A DNA stretch of 50,590 bases. It comes from Candidatus Hydrothermarchaeales archaeon. GTDB taxonomy: Archaea > Hydrothermarchaeota > Hydrothermarchaeia > Hydrothermarchaeales > JAZGAD01. The translations under genes and the position numbers were made by a program. The notes beneath the pieces are model-generated. The model searched no databases. It had not been told where the DNA came from and worked only from the letters and a program-made list of their open reading frames with translations. The stretch lies in assembly GCA_036444275.1 (NCBI GenBank), contig JAZGAD010000006.1, positions 1 to 50,590 on the forward strand. Reading direction: 5' to 3'. Below are positions 21,301 to 30,267 of this stretch, piece after piece (within the stretch, counting starts at the first letter, position 1; each line of letters opens with the position of its first letter).

Positions 21301-22965
21301 GCTAGTATCTCTGGCTATGCTACTATTAGTGGAGGTGCGGTTGTTGATGGTAATGCGGGTGTCTTGGATTTCGCGATTATCACCGGGAATGCCACTATCA
21401 ATGATACAGCGGTTATCTCCGGAACCTCTATCGTAAACGGAACCTCAATTGTAGCCGGAGTATCGACGGTGTATGATTCGAATGTAACCGATTCAGTCGT
21501 AATCGACTCAGATCTAACCAGCAGCGTGGTTTCAGACACACCCATCACGCACATATCTGCCTCTGGCGTCAGCATAGTTAGTTGGGCTATCTCGAGTCTG
21601 CCAGGGGAGACTGGCTCTATCTCGATAGCGGAGGAAGGCGTGAGAATTAACTTTACCAACGTTTACACAAGTGTTTCCAACATTACTAATCTAATTCTTG
21701 ACACCAACAGCTCCACGGTTGCCACGGGGGCGGGTATGGTGGTGGCTTCACAAGACGCGGACGAGGGCGACTTCCAGATATATATCTATGCAAATGATAC
21801 CATTTTAGCAGCGCTCCTTGAGGTAGCAGAGACCAGTATTAATCCTGAGGGTACGGCTCTCTCGGACATAATCACCAACTACCTGTATGTAAATGCATCG
21901 CCCAATATCAACGGAAGCAATGTCCAAACTATAACTATTAAACTGGAGATTCCCTCCGGCTACACAGATATTACGATATATAGATATAACGGCACGAGTT
22001 GGAATGCACTGTCGACTACAACAAGCGGTAGCTATGCCTATGCAAACACCTCAGGATTCAGCGTTTTCGCTGTAAGCGCTTCTGTAGTTTCCCCTCCTTC
22101 TGCGCCCAGTACTGGAGGCATCAGCCCAGGTGCTAGAACTCAAAAAGAGGGTGAAACATTGATAACCACTGGTCCCATTTTGGCTGGGAAGATAAAGGTT
22201 TTCTCGATACCGCCGGCATCCAACGTGTTCCTCACAGAACTGGAGATCCAGACTAAGAAATGGTTATCTGGCTTTATATCAGTAAAGACCCTCTCCGCGA
22301 AGCCGGCGGGGGTGGCGACCGCTCCAGATAAGGTCTTCAAATATATCGATGTTTCCCTGCGCCTGATAAACTCGGAGGACATCACAAGTGTGAAGCTCTT
22401 CTTCAAGGTAGAGAAATCTTGGCTTGAAAAAGAAGGCGTATACCCAGACACGGTCACCTTTTATAGGTTCACCACTAAATGGGACAAGCTCGAGACCACA
22501 AAAGTAGAGGAAGATTCTACTTTTGTATACTACTCGGCGGTGTCCTCCGGGCTATCATACTTTGTGATATCAGGGAAGACGGAGGCGCCGAAGCAGTTGG
22601 TTCTCCTAGCGAACAGCATAGACCTAAATCTTTCCTCCAATTTCATGTCAGTGCTGAGGAGCGAGGGCATTGAGATAACATACACGACTCCATCCGACTT
22701 CTCGGAGCATAACACCAGCAAGTTCATCGTGATCCTGGGCGGGCCAGATGCCTACGAGGGCGTGGGAGAAATAGTGAAGCAACTGCTCAGTGAGAGCGAG
22801 CAGGAATACCTACGAGTCAAGAGTAACCGCAGGATGTATGTGAAGACCAACGTCTGGGCTCGGGGTCAGGTGGTGATGGTGGTCGCTGGTTCGGGCAGGG
22901 ATCAGACTAGGATGGAGGCTGATGCGAACAAGATTGAGGTAAGAAAGAAGGTGAAGGGTAGCTAG
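18313..22965 (+). CDS. Large secreted surface glycoprotein (Ig-like repeats, TSP3-like Ca motif, beta-helix repeats, PGF-pre-PGF-like domain)
   Basis: GTG at 18313 after GGAGGT gives a signal peptide ending VFA. Many N-x-S/T sequons, repeated ND.AGN and D.T.P, DTDGDGV.D..D.CP, GLSYFVI. Confidence 0.8.
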   Translation: MRRVKTPHLHILRDSGVAAILTFAFIFILITSDVFAVAPVILSVDVTPDSANTTDVLSCTVQATHPLNSTFVINITWYNGTTQFTEADYNNGSYVNDSTWTVPVSVGAGNTSKGEIWNCSATFWDADQVDLVNANGTETIANAPPNVTSVAIAPDPANTTDTLTGSGTYADADGDSESGSTYKWYRNGSVMAGETGTSLVAGKFLKDDNITFEYTPNDGASAGAAVNSSVLTISNAPPNVTSVSANVTNAKNGDWIRFTSSGASDPDNDNLRLECGSASGLSDYVNGSYGAPERTADWANTWTDNAVHTIYCRVNDGFVTSSDVSTTVIADKTAPTIDFTSPTPPDNANLSVTSVTINISHDETYPDTLILNWNGSNQTQTYSGLYTNISKSVSDGVYTYYAWVNDTAGNANQTPTRTLTVDNSAPAVGPVILNATIVQPGVHVLINATINDGTGVGVNSSTVRILVNGSAQTVTPNPPYYTAVYVNDTVGVYSVNVTAYDNLNNFAFNDTRSITVKTTAPSVVIVSPTNTTTNDNTPLLNATFGELVDTAWISINGGAGQNYTTGVSNLTFELGPLSDGPYNVRVFANDSAGNVNSSESVYFTVDTAKPTIFLAVPADGQTIFNSSVVFNFTPVDNLASIVNFNLTIDGSVNTNGTAPSGGYWTVFTDSHADGVHYWNVTVWDDAGNTNASETRNFTVLTQWPVPPITVPSIPSTTVSSGLIDLASLGVPQVMIEGMGVTGYEYIVTTNGSTPVVNLTVNVSLEPLGVTDIGSESGAIPGFYFKINVNDSSWFDHVTVIQLRIYYNITNIALPHNVPESTLKAMRYTNGSWVRLDCNELGGCTVALEDGTKLYAAGIVTSSVNATYPYVWANLSNFSVYGVGGTAGATDTDGDGVIDSADVCPDTVGTDVDSYGCPIGLIPDTANISGNVTLSPDANISGSVTIGGSANISGYATISGGAVVDGNAGVLDFAIITGNASVGGNAVVEDSAIVMGFASISGYATISGGAVVDGNAGVLDFAIITGNATINDTAVISGTSIVNGTSIVAGVSTVYDSNVTDSVVIDSDLTSSVVSDTPITHISASGVSIVSWAISSLPGETGSISIAEEGVRINFTNVYTSVSNITNLILDTNSSTVATGAGMVVASQDADEGDFQIYIYANDTILAALLEVAETSINPEGTALSDIITNYLYVNASPNINGSNVQTITIKLEIPSGYTDITIYRYNGTSWNALSTTTSGSYAYANTSGFSVFAVSASVVSPPSAPSTGGISPGARTQKEGETLITTGPILAGKIKVFSIPPASNVFLTELEIQTKKWLSGFISVKTLSAKPAGVATAPDKVFKYIDVSLRLINSEDITSVKLFFKVEKSWLEKEGVYPDTVTFYRFTTKWDKLETTKVEEDSTFVYYSAVSSGLSYFVISGKTEAPKQLVLLANSIDLNLSSNFMSVLRSEGIEITYTTPSDFSEHNTSKFIVILGGPDAYEGVGEIVKQLLSESEQEYLRVKSNRRMYVKTNVWARGQVVMVVAGSGRDQTRMEADANKIEVRKKVKGS
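18735..19040 (+). repeat. Exact 27-bp repeat (18735-18761 and 19014-19040) bounding one Ig-like module
   Basis: TAATGCTCCTCCGAATGTTACTTCTGT occurs twice, 279 bp apart. Confidence 0.9.
21162..21392 (+). repeat. Exact 87-bp duplication (21162-21248 and 21306-21392)
   Basis: Encodes ISGYATISGGAVVDGNAGVLDFAIITGNA twice, offset by 144 bp. Confidence 0.9.
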
Positions 22966-23328
22966 AACTGTATAGTATTTCGATGGCAAGCCCTAGTTCA
23001 TTTTTAGCATGTTTGTAAACACTCACCCTCCTGGTTTCGTTTGGGAGAGTTTAATGAAGGCATTACTAGGCTTCTACGTGTCCTGTCCACAGATAATATG
23101 GAAAACTGGTTTTAACTAAATCAACAGCATCTGCCAAGAATTCAGTCCCGTTATAATCAGTGTCCCGGTGCTTTGACTTTTTCTTAGAAGAAAACAGTGC
23201 CGGCTAGCAGATATAAACGTGCCATAGAACACGACAATTGGAGGCATCCTCGTGCACTGGAACCCAATAGCTATCATAACACATTACCGAGGGACCCTGG
23301 GACGCCTCATGCTCATTTATACCTTAAA

Positions 23329-23895
23329 TTAATATCCGCATATCTCTAGAAAATTCTTAAAGATGTCAGGACCTCTCGGAGTATGCTCAACCTCTGGATG
23401 GAACTGCACTCCATAGAGAGGAAGATTTCTATGGGCCATAGCCTCAATCTCGCAGGTAGAGGAGTGTGCAAGTTTAACAAAATCCTTCGGCAACTTTGAT
23501 ACTTCATCCTTATGGGATACCCATGCCTTAAAGCTTGGCGGCAAACCCTTCAGGATCGCGTCTTCCTCGTCTACTATTATCTCGCTCTCTGCGTATTCCC
23601 CTATATCAGCGGTCTTCACTCCTCCCCCAAAGAGTTTCGCCATAAGTTGGTGACCCAAGCATATCCCGAGTATAGGTAATTCTCTTTGGTACTCCCTTAT
23701 TATTTGACCCGAGTTTCCACTTGCTTCTAGGTACTGTCCACCTCCAATGACTATCCCTTTAGGGCTTTCTTTTGCTATTTCCTCCAGGGTTATGGTGTTC
23801 TGAACCAGCTTCGCCTGGACACCTAAATACTTGAGGCTGCGGTAGATTCTATGGTTGTACTGACCCATGTTGGCGACAACTAGAATGTCTGTCAT
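23329..23895 (-). CDS. guaAA: GMP synthase glutamine amidotransferase subunit A
   Basis: GQYNHRI, PILGICLGHQ, SH.DEV, GVQFHPEV.HT. Confidence 0.92.
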   Translation of the reverse strand: MTDILVVANMGQYNHRIYRSLKYLGVQAKLVQNTITLEEIAKESPKGIVIGGGQYLEASGNSGQIIREYQRELPILGICLGHQLMAKLFGGGVKTADIGEYAESEIIVDEEDAILKGLPPSFKAWVSHKDEVSKLPKDFVKLAHSSTCEIEAMAHRNLPLYGVQFHPEVEHTPRGPDIFKNFLEICGY

Positions 23896-24005
23896 CTCAT
23901 CTAACTAGCTCTAGCAAAATAAAAAACTTATTCACGTTAAAGAGTAATCCAAGGATGAAGTCAAGGATTCTATCCAGTACACCTTCCCAGCTAGCTTCCT
24001 CTCTT

Positions 24006-25289
24006 CTATTCCTCGTCTATCACTTCTATTTTCACTTCCGCTCCCTCGCCCTCTTCTTCCGTTTTCTTTTTGAGCCTGTTTAGTATCGCCTTTCTCTTAA
24101 CTATAAGAACCACTATAATTGCAAAAGGTGCTATTATTACCAGAACCAAGGCTACCAGGGGTAAAATCGGTCTCTCTGGTTCCTTAATGGGCTCTATGGG
24201 CGCGAGTGTTACTGGAGGTTGTACTTGGATTGGCTCGGGTGGAGGGCCTAACACCGTTCCAGAAACGCCGTAAACTGAGCCAGATACCCCATATACGCTG
24301 CCGCCTATACCATAAACTGATAGATGGGAGGTCTTGACCCAGACAACATTGTTCTCCTTATCTATCCTAATAGAGTTTACCCAGGAAGGATTGCCATCTA
24401 TAAGTGTTACCCATTCTCCATAGGTCTCTGAGTCTGGGTCGTCGTCGTACCACTTCATATAAAGCGAGTCTTCGGTAAGCCCCCTCTCTCCCAGCTCTTT
24501 TTCTGAATATTTTATAATTATCGTGGTCCAGTCTACTTCTGTTGCTGGAGCTTCGAGGTTTACGAAGGTCCCGAGGGAAACCTCTCCCTCAGCCACTTCC
24601 CACTTCTTGAGGCCCATAGGGGCTTTACCCTCCTTGAGAGCCGCGTATTCTATGATTTTAACTCCTTCCCCCCCTACATCTTTTCCTTCCTTGGATTTGA
24701 TCTCAATATGGCTTCTTCTTAGATTGGAAGTTGCCGGATTTATCACGTAACTGCCCTCTACGGGGCTTATTCCAACAGCCTTGATGTCGCCTGAAACCCT
24801 CTCCCTTGTCTCCTTTGGCGGGCTTATAATATTTGCAACTTTGAGTAAATAGGACGTAGCTGCCCCTTTCAAAATATTAGCAGCGCCGTAGTCCTTCTTC
24901 CTCAGTTCACCTGTATTCAACCCAGCGACTATCAAACCACGGGGGTCACCAGAGGTAGACACATCCATAATGAAGTCTTTTGTCGTCCATATTTCAGTAG
25001 TAGGATTATCGATTCCTCCTTTTACCACATCGGTTATCCTACCGTTTTGTATAATTATGCCTACTTTCTCGCTATCCACATTGAGGTTGATCCTTGCCGA
25101 TGCAAACATTCCCAAGCCAGGGGGTATCCCCTCTTCGCCTACGAATCTGTTGACCTCTTCTTTATAATTGTTGATGATCTCATACACCGATTTATCTAGC
25201 TCGCTCCTAGGAGTTTCAGCTGAGAGTGCTTGAGCCGTAAAGAGAAGTAAAATAAGAATGATAAAGATCTTGTTCATACTTTTATTCAT
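24006..25289 (-). CDS. Secreted, C-terminally membrane-anchored surface protein
   Basis: Signal peptide after the ATG at 25289 (or 25277), Pro-rich linker, TM helix, KRK and an acidic tail. Confidence 0.7.
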   Translation of the reverse strand: MNKSMNKIFIILILLLFTAQALSAETPRSELDKSVYEIINNYKEEVNRFVGEEGIPPGLGMFASARINLNVDSEKVGIIIQNGRITDVVKGGIDNPTTEIWTTKDFIMDVSTSGDPRGLIVAGLNTGELRKKDYGAANILKGAATSYLLKVANIISPPKETRERVSGDIKAVGISPVEGSYVINPATSNLRRSHIEIKSKEGKDVGGEGVKIIEYAALKEGKAPMGLKKWEVAEGEVSLGTFVNLEAPATEVDWTTIIIKYSEKELGERGLTEDSLYMKWYDDDPDSETYGEWVTLIDGNPSWVNSIRIDKENNVVWVKTSHLSVYGIGGSVYGVSGSVYGVSGTVLGPPPEPIQVQPPVTLAPIEPIKEPERPILPLVALVLVIIAPFAIIVVLIVKRKAILNRLKKKTEEEGEGAEVKIEVIDEE

Positions 25290-25341
25290 TGTAGCTGATA
25301 TCTCCTTTATATTATAAATAATTAACGAGAAGACGATCCCT

Positions 25342-26001
25342 CTATCCCTCATAGGATACTTTCGCACCTTGTTTAATCAGGTAGTTTATCAGCTTCTCAG
25401 CCCAAAGAAGCTTCTTTCTCTTTATTTCGCTGTCCGCAGAGAAGGAATATCTGCCTGTCTTTCCGTGGAAATCCATGCCATAGAGGTGTACCTCCTTAGC
25501 TTTGAAGTGCTCAGCCATGAAGACTGCTCTGTCGCCGTCTGTGAAGCCACCGAAATTATAGAGCTTACCAACTGGCCTTACCTGGGCAGTGCCTACAACG
25601 TTCTTGAATTTAGGTGCATGCCTCTTGATGGCTTCTATATTGCCACCGTGTGCATGAACCACAATGATGCTTCCCCTATCGTTAGCGTGGATTAAATCCT
25701 CTAGCCTGCCATCTAGGTCGGTAACTATAACTTCTGGAATAATCTTTTTTTCCAATAGAAAACTCGTGGAACCATCAGCTGTTATATTCACCCCCGTAGG
25801 AAAATTCTTCATGCTTTCTAACGATGGGCCTGCGCCATAAACATTAACCCTTCTATTTCGTATCCTCTCCTCCAATAATCCCTGGGACGTGTCCTTTAGA
25901 ATCTCGTCAAGTACAACAGCGGCCTTTACGTCATCTTCCTCAGAAAAGCCAAATTCAGCCAGAATCTCCAGATAGAATCTTTCCCATTCCCCGTATCTCA
26001 T
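25342..26001 (-). CDS. mptE: 6-hydroxymethyl-7,8-dihydropterin pyrophosphokinase (archaeal)
   Basis: GAGPSL, ADG, VTDLDG, VHAHG.N, NFGGFTDGDRA, GMDF. Confidence 0.88.
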   Translation of the reverse strand: MRYGEWERFYLEILAEFGFSEEDDVKAAVVLDEILKDTSQGLLEERIRNRRVNVYGAGPSLESMKNFPTGVNITADGSTSFLLEKKIIPEVIVTDLDGRLEDLIHANDRGSIIVVHAHGGNIEAIKRHAPKFKNVVGTAQVRPVGKLYNFGGFTDGDRAVFMAEHFKAKEVHLYGMDFHGKTGRYSFSADSEIKRKKLLWAEKLINYLIKQGAKVSYEG

Positions 26002-26012
26002 GGTTCCCTAAC

Positions 26013-26729
26013 CTATAGCTGGAGTTGATCTATCACGTTAGAAGCAAACTTTTTTATGGCTACTGACGCTGGAGCATCTGGATGTGTTAATACTATGGGC
26101 TTGCCAAGCATAGCGGAGCGCCTGAACCCTCGGTCTTCAGGGATCACTGCTAATATCTTTGCACCGATAGTTGCCTCAATTTCTTCCAGTCCGATCTCCT
26201 GCACGTCATCAGAACTCCTATTAAGAGCAGTCCCCAGTATCCTGGAGCCTAGATCCTTAGCCACAATTTTGGTCTTAATAGCATCTGATATGGAGACTAT
26301 ATCTGGATTTACTACTGGGATTACATTCCCTGAGGCAAGAGCTGGAGTAGCGCTAATTCCCAAGCCGGCTGGAGCATCTAAGATGACTATATCTGCGCTA
26401 TCCCGTAGCTCTTTCACCACATCTATAAGCCTATCTGGTTCCGCCCTCCTCAAGCCTTCAAGGGTCAGACCAGCAGGGATAACTTTTACTCCTCCAGGGC
26501 CCTCAAAGATAGCATCATGAACGTCAACAGTCCCTGCAAGAACCTCGTGGAGGCAGGGTGTAAGATCTTCCATACCGAGGTGGAGTACGAGGTTCCCCAT
26601 TTCTATATCAGCGTCTAAAAGGATTACATCTTTTCCCTGTTGAACCAGAGATACTCCAAGGTTGACCGTCAGGGTCGTCTTACCCACGCCGCCTTTTCCA
26701 GAGGCAATAGTTAGAGCCTCCAATGCCAC
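26013..26729 (-). CDS. minD: MinD/ParA-family ATPase
   Basis: ASGKGGVGKTT deviant Walker A, DAD..M.NL, LDAPAG. Confidence 0.88.
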   Translation of the reverse strand: MALEALTIASGKGGVGKTTLTVNLGVSLVQQGKDVILLDADIEMGNLVLHLGMEDLTPCLHEVLAGTVDVHDAIFEGPGGVKVIPAGLTLEGLRRAEPDRLIDVVKELRDSADIVILDAPAGLGISATPALASGNVIPVVNPDIVSISDAIKTKIVAKDLGSRILGTALNRSSDDVQEIGLEEIEATIGAKILAVIPEDRGFRRSAMLGKPIVLTHPDAPASVAIKKFASNVIDQLQL

Positions 26730-26819
26730 AACCTCACATTATCACCTTAACACAAACGCAGTACCGTATGTTATATTATGTAGAGTGCTCCTGTTAGTAG
26801 AGATTCCTCAGATAGGCTG

Positions 26820-29750
26820 TTAAGCTTTTCCATTTATTTCTTTTAAGGATATAACAAAGGTATCCTTTTCTATAGGCCACTCTTTAGTATACCCCTCTCG
26901 TTCAATCTGTTGCGATATCTCCAGCGACTTAGCCCTTGTCTCACCGCAGATATAGCCCTTTTTTGCCTCTAATAACTCAGCTATCTTGGAGTCCTCTATC
27001 TGTATGCTCGCCTTTATATCCGCCTCCACATCTAGATCCAGCTCCTTCCGCATCTCCTGAATACGGCGCACCAGCTCTCTGGCATAGCCTAGGGATAATA
27101 CATCTGGCGTCCTTGTGAGGTCCAAGAAGACCATGCCAAATTCAAATTCCTCGGAAACAAGGGCCTCGCTAAGTTCCTCCTCAGGTTCTAGGATCTTTAC
27201 CTCAAGGGCATTGCACTGCATCTTCACTAGGTCGAGAAGCCCCTCTATCGCTTCTTTAGCTTCTTCAGTGCTCGGGCGATATACAATTCTCGAGATAGGC
27301 CACCTCCGCTTTATTCCCTTCTTTCCCCTTGCTGAAGACACTGCGTCTGAGAATCTCCTTGCTATCTCCATCATACCTTCAAGCTTCCTATCGATGACCT
27401 TTGCATCGAAGTCAGACCAAGCTTCAAGGTGCACACTCTCCATTCTCCCATCCAAGTTGCCATAGATTTCCTCTGTAATATGAGGTGCGATGGGCGCCAT
27501 CACGACACAGAGCTTTGTCAGCACTTTGTAAAGGGCTGCATAGGCCGCTAGCTTCTCTGGATCGTTCTTCTCTATCCAAGTCCTCGGTCTTATCAGAGTG
27601 ATATACCACCTGCTCAAATCCTCAAGGACGAATTCCTTAATTGCTCTCGTTGCCTTATAGACGTGCATGGCCTCGAAGGAAGAAGTGACCTCCTTTGTGA
27701 GGGAATTCAACCTGGAGAGGATCCACCTATCCTCTACTCTATATCTCTCCCTTCCAAGATTATTAGGATCAAAGTCATCGATGCCCATGTAGGTGGTAGC
27801 GAACACATAGACATTCCAGAGGACGTTAAACATCTTATAGACAACCCTTACTTCATCCCAGTTGAAGCGTAGATCTTCCCAGGGTTTGTTAGCCCAGAGG
27901 ACATAGAAGCGGAGGACTTCTACACCATATTTATCTATAACCTCCTCAGGCTGCACAACATTGCCCAAGGATTTACTCATCTTTTCCCCTTTTTCGTCTA
28001 AAGTGAAGCCGTGCATGAGCACCCTTCGGTATGGAACTTCGTCGAGGGCTAAGAGTCCACAGCCCAGCATAGAGTAAAACCATCCCCGAGTCTGGTCATG
28101 ACCTTCAGTAATGAAGTCAACGGGATACCATTTCTCAAATTCCGGCTTCGTCGAGGGATAGCCCAAAGAAGCCCAGGTAGCTACGCCTGAGTCGAACCAT
28201 ACATCAAGAACATCAGGAACGCGAATTTTTGAACCTCCGCATTCACACGGCAGCACTACCCCGTCGACGAAGGGCTTATGGAGTTCCTTTACGGTGATGT
28301 CTGCTCTCTCCTCCAGTTCCTTCTTAGAGTCGATGACCTCTATGCTTCCGCATTTTTCGCAGATCCAGATGGGTATGGGTATGCCCCAGTAGCGCTGCCT
28401 GGAGATGGTCCAGTCTCTAGCATTCATCACCCAGTCCTTGAATCTAGCGGATCCAGCCCACTCGGGGATCCATTCTACTTTCTCTATCTCCTCAAGCATC
28501 TTATCCTTGAGCTTGGTGATTTGGATGAACCACTGCTTTGTAGCACGGTATATGATAGGGGTCTTGCAACGCCAGCAGTGCCCGTAGCGATGGACTAGGG
28601 TTTCGGAGCCCAATAGAGCACCTCTTTCCTTTAAGTCCTGCGTTATCAGGTTGTCATGCCTCTTCACGATCTTCCCGGCGTATCTCCCGGCGTCCTCAGT
28701 GAAGGCGCCCCTCTCATCGACAGGACAAATAGGTGCTATGCCATATTCTGCGCCCACCTCGAAATCTTCGGGTCCATGTCCAGGAGCGCAGTGCACGCAG
28801 CCGGTACCCTCCTCCAGGGTTACGAAATCTGCCGTTAGGATGACAAAATATGCCTTCTCGGGTGGTTTGGCAAGGGCATTTAGGGGATTCGTGTATCTCA
28901 TACCCTCCAGCTCCGACCCTTTATGAGTGCTCAGAATTTTATAATCTAAGCCGAATTTCTCCTTCAATAGGGGTGCCAGTTCCTTCGCCAATATGAGCAC
29001 GCCCTCTTTGGTTTTAGCCCGCACATACTCGAACTCTGGATGCACCATCACAGCAAGGTTTCCAATCAGGGTCCAGGGCGTCGTGGTCCAAATGAAGATG
29101 TATTCTCCCTCTTTGTCAACTATCGGAAACTTCACGTAGATGCTCGGGTCCTCCCGATCCTTGTATTCGATCTCGGCTTCAGCTAATGCTGTTTCGCACC
29201 TGGGGCACCATGTTACAACACGCAGATCCCTTGTTATAAGGCCCTTCTCGTAGGCGCGCTTCATAGTCCACCAGGCTGCTTCAATGTATTCGTCCCGCAT
29301 GGTGGTGTAGGGCTTATCCCAATCCATCCATACGCCGAGGCGCTTAAATTGGGCGGTCATTACAACTATGTGCTCTGTCGCCCAGTTCTTGCATTCTTGG
29401 ACAAATTTTTCTATGCCCAACTCCTCAATCTCCTTCTTGTTTTTGATGCCTAGTTTCTCCTCCACCTTTACTTCTATAGGCAGGCCGTGGCAGTCCCACC
29501 CTGGCTGCCGCCTGACATTCAAACCCTTAGCCGCCAGGTACCTGGTTATGGAGTCTTTCAGGATCTTGTTCCATGCTGTGCCGAGGTGTATTGCTCCACT
29601 AGCGTAGGGTGGGCCATCTAAGAAGTAGTACTTCGGTTTATCGGCAAGTTGAGCCTTGCTCTTCTCATAGATCTTTTCGTTGCTCCAGAAGTCTTGAATC
29701 CTTTCTTCTAGGTCTACGAGGTTTAACCTTCTCTCTGCCTTTTTTATCAT
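26820..29750 (-). CDS. ileS: Isoleucyl-tRNA synthetase
   Basis: DGPPYASG.IHLGT, GWDCHGLP, WTTTPWT, DW.ISRQRYWG, EG.DQTRGWF, KMSKS. Start set at ATG 29750. Confidence 0.96.
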   Translation of the reverse strand: MIKKAERRLNLVDLEERIQDFWSNEKIYEKSKAQLADKPKYYFLDGPPYASGAIHLGTAWNKILKDSITRYLAAKGLNVRRQPGWDCHGLPIEVKVEEKLGIKNKKEIEELGIEKFVQECKNWATEHIVVMTAQFKRLGVWMDWDKPYTTMRDEYIEAAWWTMKRAYEKGLITRDLRVVTWCPRCETALAEAEIEYKDREDPSIYVKFPIVDKEGEYIFIWTTTPWTLIGNLAVMVHPEFEYVRAKTKEGVLILAKELAPLLKEKFGLDYKILSTHKGSELEGMRYTNPLNALAKPPEKAYFVILTADFVTLEEGTGCVHCAPGHGPEDFEVGAEYGIAPICPVDERGAFTEDAGRYAGKIVKRHDNLITQDLKERGALLGSETLVHRYGHCWRCKTPIIYRATKQWFIQITKLKDKMLEEIEKVEWIPEWAGSARFKDWVMNARDWTISRQRYWGIPIPIWICEKCGSIEVIDSKKELEERADITVKELHKPFVDGVVLPCECGGSKIRVPDVLDVWFDSGVATWASLGYPSTKPEFEKWYPVDFITEGHDQTRGWFYSMLGCGLLALDEVPYRRVLMHGFTLDEKGEKMSKSLGNVVQPEEVIDKYGVEVLRFYVLWANKPWEDLRFNWDEVRVVYKMFNVLWNVYVFATTYMGIDDFDPNNLGRERYRVEDRWILSRLNSLTKEVTSSFEAMHVYKATRAIKEFVLEDLSRWYITLIRPRTWIEKNDPEKLAAYAALYKVLTKLCVVMAPIAPHITEEIYGNLDGRMESVHLEAWSDFDAKVIDRKLEGMMEIARRFSDAVSSARGKKGIKRRWPISRIVYRPSTEEAKEAIEGLLDLVKMQCNALEVKILEPEEELSEALVSEEFEFGMVFLDLTRTPDVLSLGYARELVRRIQEMRKELDLDVEADIKASIQIEDSKIAELLEAKKGYICGETRAKSLEISQQIEREGYTKEWPIEKDTFVISLKEINGKA

Positions 29751-29824
29751 GATTCCACCGGGCGAATAGGAAAAGGATACAACAGCTTTTAAAAGTTTTG
29801 ATAATGAGATGATAATAGAAAAAA

Positions 29825-30190
29825 ATGGACGATCCACGTGTGACCAGAGCCCTCCAGCTCCTTAGAGGGGTGAAGGCAAAGGAGCTCTCTGTGAAAGAGG
29901 CAGTAGCGCTAATAGAGATGGTGACGGGTGTACCTGAACTCGTAAGAGCTGTGCTAGAGGAAGCTGAAAAGCAGGGCTTAATAAGGAGGGTGAAGGGAAA
30001 GATCATCCTGAAGTTCGGTGCCAAAGTATCTGGCCCAGACTTCTATTATCCACGATTAAAGAGGGTTCGATGCCTGGACAAGTGCAAGAAATGTGGTAGG
30101 GAAATAACTAACTGCTATTTCATCCTCCTAGAAGAACTCGAACTGGGGCCCTTTGGTAGCAAGTGCATTAAGAAGATGAAGCTGGCATAA
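29825..30190 (+). CDS. Conserved archaeal hypothetical protein with C-terminal Cys motif (DUF5830-like)
   Basis: ELS..EAV..IE.VT..P...R.VL..AE..G.I.R, C..CGR.I, GPFGS.CI.K. Confidence 0.65.
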   Translation: MDDPRVTRALQLLRGVKAKELSVKEAVALIEMVTGVPELVRAVLEEAEKQGLIRRVKGKIILKFGAKVSGPDFYYPRLKRVRCLDKCKKCGREITNCYFILLEELELGPFGSKCIKKMKLA

Positions 30191-30267
30191 TTGATTTGTT
30201 TTACACCGGTACTTCGATAGTTATATATTTGCTGAAAAAGCACTTCAGCTAAGGAAAGGGAAAGATA

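Noticed and set aside
22966-23328. 360-bp intergenic region as possible ncRNA or pseudogene
   Set aside because: I could not recognise SRP, RNase P, 5S or tRNA motifs, or a convincing reading frame.
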